Source: Chlorobiaceae bacterium (GTDB lineage Bacteria; Bacteroidota; Ignavibacteria; UBA10030; SZUA-254). Taken from it: DNA of 64,000 nt. Positions 10,147-20,200 of this stretch are shown one piece after another. A model generated the notes under the pieces. That model worked only from the letters and a program-made list of their open reading frames with translations. It did not search any database and was not told where the DNA came from. The stretch spans positions 43,396-107,395 of the forward strand of contig PNNN01000011.1 of assembly GCA_013824245.1 (NCBI GenBank), read 5' to 3'. The translations under genes were made by a program, and so were the position numbers. Numbering within the stretch: position 1 is the first letter of the stretch; each line of letters starts with the position of its first letter.

Positions 10147-11301
10147 ATGAAAAAAGAACTTCCCTCCAAAGTTAAAAACATCGGATGGGCATTATTATTT
10201 GTTGGTATAGTTATTTATGTAATCGGATATACGGTGAATCCAAGGGAAGCGGCTTTCAACAACGTAATTGGATTCTTATTCATCACAAGCATTGCAGTCG
10301 GATCAATATTTTTGATTGCGCTCGAATATATAGCGGGTGCGGTCTGGAGTGTTCCGATGCGGAGAGTGAATGAGTTCCTCGGTGGACTTGTACTGGTTGC
10401 TCCTCTCGTTGCGCTCCCGATGTTTTTCCATTTGCACGATATTTTTCATTGGACAGATTTAGGAGCGGTTGGAACTGATGAACTACTTAAAGGCAAACAA
10501 CCGTACCTCAATTTGAATTTCTTTATCATCCGCTTCGTTGTTGTGTTCGCTCTTTGGAATTTGTTTTACTGGCTGTTCGTGCGCAATTCTCTCAAGCAGG
10601 ATTTATCAAAAGATCAAAAGCTAACAACACAAAACATTCGGTTGGCAGCAGTGTTCCTGCCGGTATTCGCAATAACTCTTACAGTTACAGCCGTGGATTG
10701 GGCGATGAGTTTGGAACCGCACTGGTTCTCAACTATTCTTGGTGTTTACTATTTTTCGGGAACCGTTCTTGCTGCTGTTGCAACTGCAACATATATAATT
10801 GTGAAATTTCATGAGAACGGTTATCTGCAAAATCTGAAGCGCGATCATTTCTATAGTCTCGGCGCACTTCTATTTGCATTCATAAACTTTTGGGCGTATA
10901 TCGCTTTCAGTCAGTTTCTTTTGATTTGGTATGCTAATCTTCCTGAAGAAACAATTTGGTTTATGAAACGCTGGGAAGGCGGAATGCAATTCGTTTCCGT
11001 TCTTCTCATCATCGTTCATTTTGCTGTGCCGTACTTTTTACTTCTTCCGCAGGAAGCGAAAATGAATTTGAAGAGATTGAAGTTCATGTCGATATGGATT
11101 TTATTTGCACACCTTCTCGATTTGTATTGGTTGGTTATGCCGACTTACGCAAACGGTGTAACTATTGGATGGATGGAAATCGGCTTCCCGGTTTTAATAG
11201 TTGGATTAATCATAGTAATGCTTGGATATAAAATGAAGCGACACAATCTGGTTCCGGTTGGAGATCCGAAATTGGAGCGGGGATTAAAATTCAGATTATG
11301 A
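10147..11301 (+). CDS. actF: alternative complex III subunit ActF (ActC-like membrane subunit)
   Basis: Polytopic membrane protein starting MKKELPSKVKNIGWALLFVG. The six-frame ORF starts earlier at 9964 but overlaps actDE, so the ATG at 10147 is preferred. Confidence 0.8.
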   Translation: MKKELPSKVKNIGWALLFVGIVIYVIGYTVNPREAAFNNVIGFLFITSIAVGSIFLIALEYIAGAVWSVPMRRVNEFLGGLVLVAPLVALPMFFHLHDIFHWTDLGAVGTDELLKGKQPYLNLNFFIIRFVVVFALWNLFYWLFVRNSLKQDLSKDQKLTTQNIRLAAVFLPVFAITLTVTAVDWAMSLEPHWFSTILGVYYFSGTVLAAVATATYIIVKFHENGYLQNLKRDHFYSLGALLFAFINFWAYIAFSQFLLIWYANLPEETIWFMKRWEGGMQFVSVLLIIVHFAVPYFLLLPQEAKMNLKRLKFMSIWILFAHLLDLYWLVMPTYANGVTIGWMEIGFPVLIVGLIIVMLGYKMKRHNLVPVGDPKLERGLKFRL

Positions 11302-12248
11302 CAGAGAATAATCCCAAATATAAAGCCGAGATGGATTGGAGCGATCTGCTGAAAAAGCCGGCGATGCTTTTCGGTTATTCTTATTTTTACTTCGTTATTA
11401 TTCTTGGCACGCTAGGTTATCTTTATATTTCGAATCTCACTAACATTGGAAAGAACTCGGTTGCACCTGCTGTGCTTAGCGATTCAACAGCTTTCGTTCA
11501 GGATATTCCGATGCAAAGTGCGAGAGTCATACCGCCAGTTGATGTTATGAAAGTCGGAATTTCATCTCCTGAGCTTGTTACAAAAGGAAAAGATTTATTC
11601 AAAGCGAATTGTGCATCATGTCATGGCGATAACGGGCAAGGTGACGGACAGACAGCGCCAACGTTAAATCCGAAGCCGAGAAATTTTCATACACTCGATG
11701 GATGGAAAAATGGCTCAAAAGTCAATCAAACATATAAAACCCTTCAGGAAGGGATTGCCGGAAGCGGTATGGCATCTTACAATTATCTCTCACCCGAAGA
11801 CCGATTCGGATTGATTCATTATGTGAGATCATTTGCGACAGGGCATCCGATTGATTCGCCGGAAGAGCTTAAACAGCTCGATGTTAATTACCAGCTCTCA
11901 AAGGGGATGAATGTTGCAGGACAGATTCCTGTTAAGAAAGCAATGCAAATCATTGCAGGTGAAACAAAAATAGGTGAAGTGAAAATCTCGGATAAACTAA
12001 AATTGGCGTTGGCTGAAGAAAGTTCTGGCGCAGACATATTCTGGCGGGTTGTGCGGAATGCATCAAAGGTATTTACAGGTTTCAGCAATAGCCGGAATCT
12101 TCCAGTGGCGATCGACCAATTTATTAAAACCGTAACTGCCGATCCGATTCAATTCGGATTCAAGGCGAATGTTGTACAGCTTTCTGCCGCCGAATGGCAG
12201 CAAATGTATAAATATATTGTAACTGTTGTTGAACAGAAGGAAAAATAA
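11298..12248 (+). CDS. membrane-anchored monohaem cytochrome c (probable electron carrier between ACIII and aa3 oxidase)
   Basis: N-terminal TM helix and a CASCHGDNGQG haem motif. The start overlaps the actF stop. Confidence 0.75.
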   Translation: MTENNPKYKAEMDWSDLLKKPAMLFGYSYFYFVIILGTLGYLYISNLTNIGKNSVAPAVLSDSTAFVQDIPMQSARVIPPVDVMKVGISSPELVTKGKDLFKANCASCHGDNGQGDGQTAPTLNPKPRNFHTLDGWKNGSKVNQTYKTLQEGIAGSGMASYNYLSPEDRFGLIHYVRSFATGHPIDSPEELKQLDVNYQLSKGMNVAGQIPVKKAMQIIAGETKIGEVKISDKLKLALAEESSGADIFWRVVRNASKVFTGFSNSRNLPVAIDQFIKTVTADPIQFGFKANVVQLSAAEWQQMYKYIVTVVEQKEK

Positions 12249-13038
12249 TTTGAAAAATCTCATCGTTATATTTTTCTTCCTAACCGTTGCATCGGGGTTA
12301 GGATATTCAAATCAGGAACAACCAAAGCCGCCTGTCGGGATAGTTGAAAAGTTGGGACAAACTATTTCCATGGATGAAGAATTTTATGATGAAAACGGGA
12401 ATCTTGTATCGATAAAATCGATAATCAACAAACCGACTATTGTAACTTTTGTCTATTATAAGTGTGCGGGTATCTGCAATCCGCTTCTCAAAGAAATGAC
12501 TGGTATTGTAAGCAAGATGGATTTAACATTGGGCAAAGATTATCAGATACTTTCATTAAGTTTTGATCATAATGAGAAACCTGAGTTAGGGAAAGAGAAA
12601 AAAGAAAATTACTTAGCCGAAATAAAAAAACCGGTCGATCCCAGCGGATGGAAATTCTTCACCGGCGATAGCGCTAATATTTACCGCTTGACTGATGCTG
12701 CCGGTTTCTACTTTCAACGCAGCGGAAGAGACTGGATTCACGCGGCTTCGTTGATTGTTCTTTCTCCGCAAGGAAAAATTACCCGTTATCTTTACGGTAT
12801 TCAGCATTTGCCGTTCGATGTGAAGATGGCAGTTATCGAAGCGTCTGAAGGAAAAGCAACACCCACGATTGCGAAGGTGTTAAAATTCTGTTATAGTTAC
12901 GATCCGGACGGAAAGAGGTATGCTTTTAACTACACGCGGATAGGATTCGCGGTAACGATTTTATTTGTTCTAATTTTCATCGGCATATTTCTTATTAAAC
13001 CAAAGAAGAAGGATTCCGGAAAGGCATCAAAGATATGA
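12226..13038 (+). CDS. SCO1/SenC family copper chaperone (thioredoxin-like, CxxxC)
   Basis: Signal/TM segment followed by YYKCAGICNPLL (CxxxC) and a downstream His. The start is uncertain: TTG at 12226 or TTG at about 12250. Confidence 0.8.
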   Translation: MLNRRKNNLKNLIVIFFFLTVASGLGYSNQEQPKPPVGIVEKLGQTISMDEEFYDENGNLVSIKSIINKPTIVTFVYYKCAGICNPLLKEMTGIVSKMDLTLGKDYQILSLSFDHNEKPELGKEKKENYLAEIKKPVDPSGWKFFTGDSANIYRLTDAAGFYFQRSGRDWIHAASLIVLSPQGKITRYLYGIQHLPFDVKMAVIEASEGKATPTIAKVLKFCYSYDPDGKRYAFNYTRIGFAVTILFVLIFIGIFLIKPKKKDSGKASKI

Positions 13039-14672
13039 CGACAGTTGTACGAACGTCAGAACCTGATTATTTACACGCACAAACAAACCGCAAAGGAATT
13101 AGCGCATGGATATTCAGTACCGACCATAAGCGAATCGGTATACTCTATATGGTATCGATGCTGGTATTCTTCCTAACAGCAGTTGTTCTCGGTGTACTCA
13201 TGCGTCTGGAAATGTTGACTCCGGGGAAAACGATAATGGAACCCCAAACGTATAATACATTTTTTACACTGCACGGTATAATGATGATTTTCCTTTTCAT
13301 TATACCGGGATTACCTGCCGTGTTCGGTAATTTTTTGCTGCCGCTCATGATTGGAGCGAAGGATGTATTTTTCCCGCGGCTAAATCTTCTTTCATGGTGG
13401 TTGTTCATTATTGGAGGTTTGTTAGCGTTGGTTTCATTATTCTTACCCGGCGGTCCTGCAGATACCGGCTGGACATTTTATGTTCCGTACAGCATACGCA
13501 CAACAACGAATGTTATACCTGCATTATTTGCGGCGTTCATTCTCGGATTCTCATCTATATTAACCGGATTAAATTTCATAACTACAATTCACCGGATGAG
13601 AGCGCCGGGGATGACGTGGTTTAAGATGCCGCTATTCACATGGGCGTTATATTCAACTGCCTGGATACAGGTTCTTGCAACTCCTGTCATCGGAATCACT
13701 TTGCTACTTGTGGTTGTTGAGCGTTTGTTCGGTGTTGGTATTTTCGATCCGAACTTAGGCGGTGACCCTGTTCTCTATCAGCATTTATTCTGGATATATT
13801 CACATCCCGCAGTTTATATCATGATTCTTCCCGGACTTGGTGTTGTTTCTGAAGTTCTACCGGTGTTTGCGCGAAGAACTATTTTCGGATACAAAGTTAT
13901 CGCCTACTCAAGTTTAGCAATAGCTTTTATCGGCTCGCTTGTATGGGCGCACCATATGTTCACTGTAGGTATGAGCAATACAGGGATGTTTATCTTTTCA
14001 TTACTGACGTTCCTTGTTTCAATTCCAAGCGCGATAAAAGTTTTTAACTGGATTGCAACACTGTATAAGGGATCGATTAAAATTGAAGTCCCGCTTCTTT
14101 TTGTTTTATCGTTCATCTTCCAGTTTTCAATCGGCGGATTGACAGGTTTAATGCTTGGAGTCCTTTCAGTGAACATCCACGTGCAAGATACATATTTTGT
14201 AGTCGGACATTTTCATTATGTCATGTTCGGCGGAACCGGATTCGGATTGATGGCAGCAATGCACTTCTGGTTCCCGAAAATGTTTGGGAAAATGTTTAAA
14301 AAAACTCCGGCAATCATCGGTTGGTTACTGATGACAGTTGGTTTTAACGTGCTATATTTCCCGATGTTCTTCCTTGGATATTTAGGCATGCCGCGCAGGT
14401 ATTATGATTTTTTACCTCAGTATCAATCGTATCATATAATTTCTACCGTCGGTTCTTGGATCCTTTTTATAGGAATTTTAATCATCTTCATCAATCTTAT
14501 TATCTCTCTGAAAAAAGGGATGAAAGCGCCTGCAAATCCGTGGGGTGGAAAAACGCTCGAATGGACAATTCCATCGCCGCCGCCTGTCGAGAATTTTCAA
14601 GAAATACCCATTGTGGAAAAAGGTCCCTATGATTATTCCGAGTATGAAATCAAACCGGAGATAGCAAAGTGA
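13035..14672 (+). CDS. ctaD: cytochrome c oxidase subunit I (haem-copper oxidase catalytic subunit)
   Basis: WIFSTDHKRIGILYM, 12 TM helices, conserved His ligands (HHMF, HFHYVM) and GMPRRY. Confidence 0.95.
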   Translation: MTTVVRTSEPDYLHAQTNRKGISAWIFSTDHKRIGILYMVSMLVFFLTAVVLGVLMRLEMLTPGKTIMEPQTYNTFFTLHGIMMIFLFIIPGLPAVFGNFLLPLMIGAKDVFFPRLNLLSWWLFIIGGLLALVSLFLPGGPADTGWTFYVPYSIRTTTNVIPALFAAFILGFSSILTGLNFITTIHRMRAPGMTWFKMPLFTWALYSTAWIQVLATPVIGITLLLVVVERLFGVGIFDPNLGGDPVLYQHLFWIYSHPAVYIMILPGLGVVSEVLPVFARRTIFGYKVIAYSSLAIAFIGSLVWAHHMFTVGMSNTGMFIFSLLTFLVSIPSAIKVFNWIATLYKGSIKIEVPLLFVLSFIFQFSIGGLTGLMLGVLSVNIHVQDTYFVVGHFHYVMFGGTGFGLMAAMHFWFPKMFGKMFKKTPAIIGWLLMTVGFNVLYFPMFFLGYLGMPRRYYDFLPQYQSYHIISTVGSWILFIGILIIFINLIISLKKGMKAPANPWGGKTLEWTIPSPPPVENFQEIPIVEKGPYDYSEYEIKPEIAK

Positions 14673-15283
14673 CCACGGCAGCAGCGACACATACGCACCG
14701 CGACGATGTGGGATCGAGAATGGGAATGTGGCTTTTCCTGTTCACCGAGCTTATTCTTTTCGGTGGGTTGTTCATTGTTTATGCTGTATATCGTTTTAAA
14801 TTCCCGGAACAATTCCAGCTTGCGGCAAGAGAATTAGATACGTTAGTCGGCACGGTGAACACGATTATACTGCTTACGAGCAGTTTAACCGTTGCGATGT
14901 CGATTACTGCGATTCAGCAAGGGAAAAAACATCTGTCGATGATGTTGATCGGGATGACGATAATTTTCGCCTTGGCTTTCTTAGTGAATAAATATTTTGA
15001 GTGGAGTCATAAAATTTCTATCGGCATCTATCCGCAATCACCTGAGCTTCTTAATAAACCTCAGGGCGAGATTCTCTACTTCGGTTTGTATTATGTGATG
15101 ACCGGGCTTCATGCGCTTCATGTTATAATCGGTATGGTAGTGCTTTTGTTCAGTATGGTCTTCATTGCAACCGGGAAAATTAATCAGCAATCGTATGTAA
15201 AGCTTGAAGCCGGCGGACTTTACTGGCACCTTGTCGATATAATCTGGATTTTCTTGTTCCCATTATTTTATTTGATTAGTTAA
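14669..15283 (+). CDS. ctaE: cytochrome c oxidase subunit III
   Basis: About 204 aa and 5 TM helices. It carries WLFLFTELILFGGLF and YWHLVDIIWIFLFP motifs typical of CoxIII. Confidence 0.85.
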   Translation: MTTAAATHTHRDDVGSRMGMWLFLFTELILFGGLFIVYAVYRFKFPEQFQLAARELDTLVGTVNTIILLTSSLTVAMSITAIQQGKKHLSMMLIGMTIIFALAFLVNKYFEWSHKISIGIYPQSPELLNKPQGEILYFGLYYVMTGLHALHVIIGMVVLLFSMVFIATGKINQQSYVKLEAGGLYWHLVDIIWIFLFPLFYLIS

Positions 15284-15286
15284 TTT

Positions 15287-15583
15287 ATGTCGCAACACGA
15301 AGAACAACATACGCAGCATTCAGTCGGTTACGGCAGATATATTTTAATCTGGCTCGGTCTGCTCGCGTTTACCGGCATAACGGTAACGCTCGCCGGTATC
15401 GATTTGGGTAGATGGGTTATTATCACTTCACTTGTTATTGCTTCAATAAAATCTATTTTGGTGCTGAATGTTTTCATGCACTTAAAATTTGAAGACAAAA
15501 TGTTCAAAATATTTGTTCTCGTTGCTGTTGCAACGCTTGTGATATTTATTTCACTGACATTTTTCGACTACGCGTTCTATTAG
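15287..15583 (+). CDS. cytochrome c oxidase subunit IV (prokaryotic CoxD-type small subunit)
   Basis: 98 aa with three TM helices, immediately after subunit III. Confidence 0.6.
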   Translation: MSQHEEQHTQHSVGYGRYILIWLGLLAFTGITVTLAGIDLGRWVIITSLVIASIKSILVLNVFMHLKFEDKMFKIFVLVAVATLVIFISLTFFDYAFY

Positions 15584-15591
15584 GATTTGAT

Positions 15592-16251
15592 ATGTTAAAA
15601 GATGCTTCGCCATTTTCGGAATATGTTGATACAACGTTCCTAATCATTGTTGGAATCTCATCTCTCGTGTTATTGGGATTGATGATTGCGATGGTGTATT
15701 TCATCATTCGTTACAGCCGTAAAAGAAATCCGAATCCAACGAACATCGAAGGAAACGTACCGCTTGAAATTACCTGGACGGTAATTCCATTAGTGCTCTT
15801 TATGGGGATGTTCTATCTTGGCTGGCACGGTTATCTAAAAGAAATCACCATTCCTGAAGGAGCGCACGTAATCAAAGTTACCGCGCGGATGTGGGCATGG
15901 TCGTTCGAGTATCCCAACGGCGTCAAAACCGATACGCTTTATGTCCCGGTCAACACGCCCATCAAGTTATCGCTTCATTCGTTGGATGTAAACCATTCTC
16001 TTTACATCCCTGATTTCCGTATTAAGAAAGATGTAATTCCTAACCGCGAAAACGTCATGTGGTTTCAAACACCAAAAGTGGCATCGTACGATATTGCATG
16101 TGCCGAATACTGCGGGTTGCAGCATTCCTACATGTACACGAAAGTCGTTGCAAAAGATTCATCCGATTTTGAGCAGTGGTATAAAGAAGTTTCACTGAAA
16201 CAATCGAAGCCGTACCTGCCGATGCTGACGGAAGAAAAGGTGAAGGAGTAG
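15592..16251 (+). CDS. ctaC: cytochrome c oxidase subunit II (CuA; no fused cytochrome c domain)
   Basis: Two N-terminal TM helices. The CuA ligand pattern is H(SLYIP)...CAEYCGLQHSYM. Confidence 0.85.
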   Translation: MLKDASPFSEYVDTTFLIIVGISSLVLLGLMIAMVYFIIRYSRKRNPNPTNIEGNVPLEITWTVIPLVLFMGMFYLGWHGYLKEITIPEGAHVIKVTARMWAWSFEYPNGVKTDTLYVPVNTPIKLSLHSLDVNHSLYIPDFRIKKDVIPNRENVMWFQTPKVASYDIACAEYCGLQHSYMYTKVVAKDSSDFEQWYKEVSLKQSKPYLPMLTEEKVKE

Positions 16252-16253
16252 GT

Positions 16254-17600
16254 ATGGATTTCCTAAAGGATGCGGCTCTTCCGCAATCGTTAGAACACTT
16301 TCATCTCATCGTGCTGATCGCGGTCATCAATTCACTTATGTTCGTGCCATTTCTGACCTTCTTGCTTGGCTCATCTGTTCTTTCTAACCTTTTCGATAGG
16401 AAAGGGAGAAGGGAAAACAATCCGTCATACAATAAAATAGCAAAGGAAGTAATTGATGTTGCCTTATACAACAAAAGCGCACTTACGTTTCTTGGAATAA
16501 TTCCCGGCATATCGCTCGTTTTTGTTTACGCGCAAATGCTTCAGTCCACAGACGCTATATCTGTCGGGCTGGCTGGATTCGGTTTTTTATCTCTCGTGAT
16601 CGCTCTCGTTCTTCTGTACACTTATAAATATACATTCAGGGTTCAGGGATTGCTCGATGTCGTAGAAGATAACAAGGCAAACAGCGATGTTAACGATTAC
16701 CGCAGAACAAATACCAGTGTTCATGTGCGTTCGGGGAAGTGGGGATTGTTCTTCCTTTTTGTTGCCGCCTTTCTTTACGCATCGGCGATGAGTGTAACAA
16801 CGAATCCATCAAGCTGGACCGATATCGGTTCGATATTCGATGTTTTGATCTCGGCTGATGTTTGGTTGAAGTTTTTGATTTTCCTCATATTCTCTCTCGG
16901 TATTACCGGAGTTGGTATTTTATATTTCTTCTTCGCATATCAGGGGCATAAGCCGGATACGGATGAACAGTTAAAAGAACTCGTTCATAAAATTACCAGA
17001 CGATTCATAGTCATTTCGATGCTTGTACTGCCAACGCTGGTTCTCCTGAACGTTTTCACGCTTTCTATTGATGTCCTTTCCGGAACGATTTATCTTCTTA
17101 CCGGGTTAACGCTTTTGTTTTTATTTCTTGCAGCACATTTCCTTTACGGTTATTTCAAACAAGGAGAGTTAAAAGCCGTCGGATACGGGTTTTTCTTCTT
17201 CCTTTGTGCGGCAGCATCGCTCATCATCAACGATCATGTGATGATCGGAAATGCAACTAAAGAGCATGCCGCTCTGCTTGGTTTGAAATATGAGAAAACA
17301 ACTGAGGAATTAAAATTGAAATTGGGTGTTGCGATGGTGGTTATGACTGGGGAGGATATTTACAATGCGAAGTGTTCTGCGTGTCATGTGTTCGATCAAA
17401 AAAAAGTTGGTCCGCCTTACAACGAAACAATTCCAAAATATAAAGGAGATAAAGCGAAGATCATCGCCTTTGTTTTGAACCCATCCAAGATAAATCCTGC
17501 TTATCCTCCGATGCCAAATCAGGGATTGAAACCCGCTGAAGCCGATTCGATTGTGAGTTATTTGCTGAGTAAGATTGCAGGTAATACACAGCAGAAATGA
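16254..17600 (+). CDS. polytopic membrane protein with C-terminal monohaem cytochrome c domain
   Basis: About 8 TM helices in the first 330 aa, then CSACHVFDQKKVGPPY...PPMP (class I cytochrome c fold). It is followed by a terminator. Confidence 0.6.
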   Translation: MDFLKDAALPQSLEHFHLIVLIAVINSLMFVPFLTFLLGSSVLSNLFDRKGRRENNPSYNKIAKEVIDVALYNKSALTFLGIIPGISLVFVYAQMLQSTDAISVGLAGFGFLSLVIALVLLYTYKYTFRVQGLLDVVEDNKANSDVNDYRRTNTSVHVRSGKWGLFFLFVAAFLYASAMSVTTNPSSWTDIGSIFDVLISADVWLKFLIFLIFSLGITGVGILYFFFAYQGHKPDTDEQLKELVHKITRRFIVISMLVLPTLVLLNVFTLSIDVLSGTIYLLTGLTLLFLFLAAHFLYGYFKQGELKAVGYGFFFFLCAAASLIINDHVMIGNATKEHAALLGLKYEKTTEELKLKLGVAMVVMTGEDIYNAKCSACHVFDQKKVGPPYNETIPKYKGDKAKIIAFVLNPSKINPAYPPMPNQGLKPAEADSIVSYLLSKIAGNTQQK

Positions 17601-17623
17601 AACAACAAAGTTATCATAAATTG

Positions 17624-17651
17624 CCACGACCTTTAGGCCGTGGTTTAATAT
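17624..17651 (+). terminator. Rho-independent terminator after the oxidase cluster
   Basis: CCACGaCC-TTTA-GGcCGTGG hairpin followed by TTTAATAT. Two further small hairpins follow at 17696-17745. Confidence 0.6.
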
Positions 17652-17764
17652 AAATTGTATATCCGGACTTCAGTCCGATACTTCATTTGTGTTGAAACCC
17701 CTTTAGGTTTTATTTTTGGTTTCCCCGACATGAATGTCGGGACTATAAAGCTGAACAATAAATA

Positions 17765-18628
17765 ATGACAAACAAACTTTCCAATTACATCGCCCTCACC
17801 AAACCGGGGTTAACATTTGTCTCAGTAAGTACCGCAGTTGGTAGTGCATACCTTGCATTGGTTGGAACGGATAATTTGTATTTGCTGTGGCATGTTTTCA
17901 TCGGTGCGTTCATCGCGGGCGGCGGAGCAGGCGCGCTAAATCAGTATCTTGAACGCAACTATGATGCACGGATGACAAGAACAGGCCTGAGACCGCTTCC
18001 GGCAAATAGATTACCTGCCAACAATGTTCTTTTGTTTGGGATTATACTCTCTCTTATTGGTTGCATTTATCTGGCGGTTTTTACAACCATAGTTGCGGCG
18101 GTTCTAACTGCGGCAACGTTAATTATCTATTTACTTTTATACACGCCGATGAAACGCCGCACTCCGTTTGCAACTGTTATCGGCGGCATCGCGGGCGCGC
18201 TTCCGCCGCTTATCGGGTGGACTGCAATGACGGGAAGTATTTCATTAGCCGGGTTATCCCTTTTTTTCATATTGTTTTTCTGGCAAACGCCGCATTTTCT
18301 CGCACTCGCCTGGATTCACCGCGAAGATTATGAACGAGCAGGTTACAAAGTTATCACCGTTGTTGACCCTACCGGAATTTCTGCAACCCGGCAAGTTATA
18401 ATTTATTGCATAGCTCTTGTTCCCGCTTCACTCATGCCTGCGTTAGTTGGACTTGCAGGCACGATCTATTTTATCGGTGCCTTGATCTTTTCTCTAGGAT
18501 ATTTATCGGTTGGATTGATCCTCTTCCGTGATCGCACGAATTCAAAAGCACGATTGCTGTTCACTGCTTCGATAATATATCTTCCGATCTTGTTTATTCT
18601 TATGATTTTGGATAGATTGTTGCATTAA
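17765..18628 (+). CDS. ctaB: protohaem IX farnesyltransferase (haem O synthase)
   Basis: UbiA-family polytopic protein with the conserved NQYLERNYDARMTRTGLRPLP region. Confidence 0.9.
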   Translation: MTNKLSNYIALTKPGLTFVSVSTAVGSAYLALVGTDNLYLLWHVFIGAFIAGGGAGALNQYLERNYDARMTRTGLRPLPANRLPANNVLLFGIILSLIGCIYLAVFTTIVAAVLTAATLIIYLLLYTPMKRRTPFATVIGGIAGALPPLIGWTAMTGSISLAGLSLFFILFFWQTPHFLALAWIHREDYERAGYKVITVVDPTGISATRQVIIYCIALVPASLMPALVGLAGTIYFIGALIFSLGYLSVGLILFRDRTNSKARLLFTASIIYLPILFILMILDRLLH

Positions 18629-18653
18629 ACCGGTTCAAATCTAACGAGGTTTT

Positions 18654-20150
18654 ATGTATAGATACTCAATATCATTTCTGCTGACTTTCTTTGTAATTAC
18701 TAGTGTTTCACTATCCCAGACATCGCCTTCAACAGGGTTAGTGCGAGAATCTCAGGATTCGAATTTCCAGCAATTCATTAACCGTGTGAATGCCGCCGCC
18801 TCGCAGGATCGAAGCGCAATTGTCGATAGCTTCATGCTGGCGGTTCCTGCGTTCCCGTTCATTGAAGATCCGGTAGCGCATTTTATTTATCGCGGAAATG
18901 TAACAAGCGTAAATGTTCCCGGCGATGCTAACGGATGGAGCAGCAGCGGATATCCGATGACAAAACTCTCCACTACAGATTTCTGGTATACTTCTCAGGT
19001 GTTCGAGAGCGATGCACGTCTCGATTATAAATTTATTCTCAACAGTTCATCATGGATTCTCGATCCGCGCAATCCGCATACTGTATCGGGCGGATTCGGT
19101 CCGAACTCCGAGCTTGCCATGCCGCAATATGTTCAGCCGTGGGAGATTCAATACGATTCCACCGTCCCGCACGGTCGCATCGAGTCAAGAACTATTTTCA
19201 GTAATTATCGTTCGGCAACGTACAGTCTGAATGTTTATTTGCCGCCTGATTATCGTAGCGTTGGTCAGCCTTATCCAGTTGTTTATTTTCAGGACGGTTC
19301 GGAATATATCAACTTAGGAAAAACGAAAAACGTTATCGATAACCTCATCGGATATTTTTATATTCAAGATATAATTGCGGTTTTTGTCACACCGCTCAAC
19401 CGCAACGAAGAATATGCCGGTTCATTGCGTGATCAGTATATGCAATTTTTCGTTTATGAACTTGTGCCGTTCATCGACACTCTTTATAACACGAATAAAG
19501 CCCGGCATGCAAGAGCAGTTATAGGAGATTCGTACGGCGGGAATATTTCGGCTCTTATATCTTATAATCATCCCGGTATATTCGGTAATTGCGGATTACA
19601 TTCCGGTGCATTTCAACCTAACAATTACGAAGCATTCAACCTCATTGTAAACGGTGTGAATAAAAAAGATTCGATCAGATATTTTTCTGTCTGGGGAACT
19701 TATGAAAATCCCCTAACTCAAAATATGCGTGCGTTCAAGGATTCTCTTTTAAAAAAAGGATACGTTTTCGGTTGGCAGGAAAGACATGAGGGTCATAGCT
19801 GGGGCCTCTGGCGCGCGACAACCGATTTGATACTGCGACATTTTTTCGGATATCCTTCCGGTGTTTCTGAAATAAATAATCATCCGGTTGAGATTAAGCT
19901 CGATCAGAATTATCCAAATCCGTTTAATCCGTCGACTAATTTCGGATTTCGGATTGTTGATTTCGGATTTGTAACGCTAAAGATATTTGATCTGCTGGGA
20001 CGTGAAGTGGCAACTTTAGTTAACGAAACGAAACAGCCCGGTGAATACAAGGTGAAGTGGAATGCAGAAGGAGTGTCGAGCGGAGTGTATTTGTACCGAC
20101 TGCAGGTGGGAGGTTTCTCGGTGACGAAGAAGTTGTTGATGGTGAGATAA
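18654..20150 (+). CDS. secreted esterase (alpha/beta hydrolase, GDSYGG serine motif) with T9SS C-terminal sorting domain
   Basis: Signal peptide, esterase-like core with GxSxG (IGDSYGGN), and a C-terminal Por/T9SS CTD (NYPNPFNPST...GVYLYRLQVGGFSVTKKLLMVR). Confidence 0.7.
   Translation: MYRYSISFLLTFFVITSVSLSQTSPSTGLVRESQDSNFQQFINRVNAAASQDRSAIVDSFMLAVPAFPFIEDPVAHFIYRGNVTSVNVPGDANGWSSSGYPMTKLSTTDFWYTSQVFESDARLDYKFILNSSSWILDPRNPHTVSGGFGPNSELAMPQYVQPWEIQYDSTVPHGRIESRTIFSNYRSATYSLNVYLPPDYRSVGQPYPVVYFQDGSEYINLGKTKNVIDNLIGYFYIQDIIAVFVTPLNRNEEYAGSLRDQYMQFFVYELVPFIDTLYNTNKARHARAVIGDSYGGNISALISYNHPGIFGNCGLHSGAFQPNNYEAFNLIVNGVNKKDSIRYFSVWGTYENPLTQNMRAFKDSLLKKGYVFGWQERHEGHSWGLWRATTDLILRHFFGYPSGVSEINNHPVEIKLDQNYPNPFNPSTNFGFRIVDFGFVTLKIFDLLGREVATLVNETKQPGEYKVKWNAEGVSSGVYLYRLQVGGFSVTKKLLMVR
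20078..20150 (+). repeat. direct repeat copy 1 (T9SS CTD-coding 3' end)
   Basis: 73 bp, about 94% identical to 20817-20889 (4 mismatches). Confidence 0.85.
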
Positions 20151-20200
20151 TCTCACAGTTGACTTTCTCAGTTAAATGATATTATATTGATAGTAATAAA

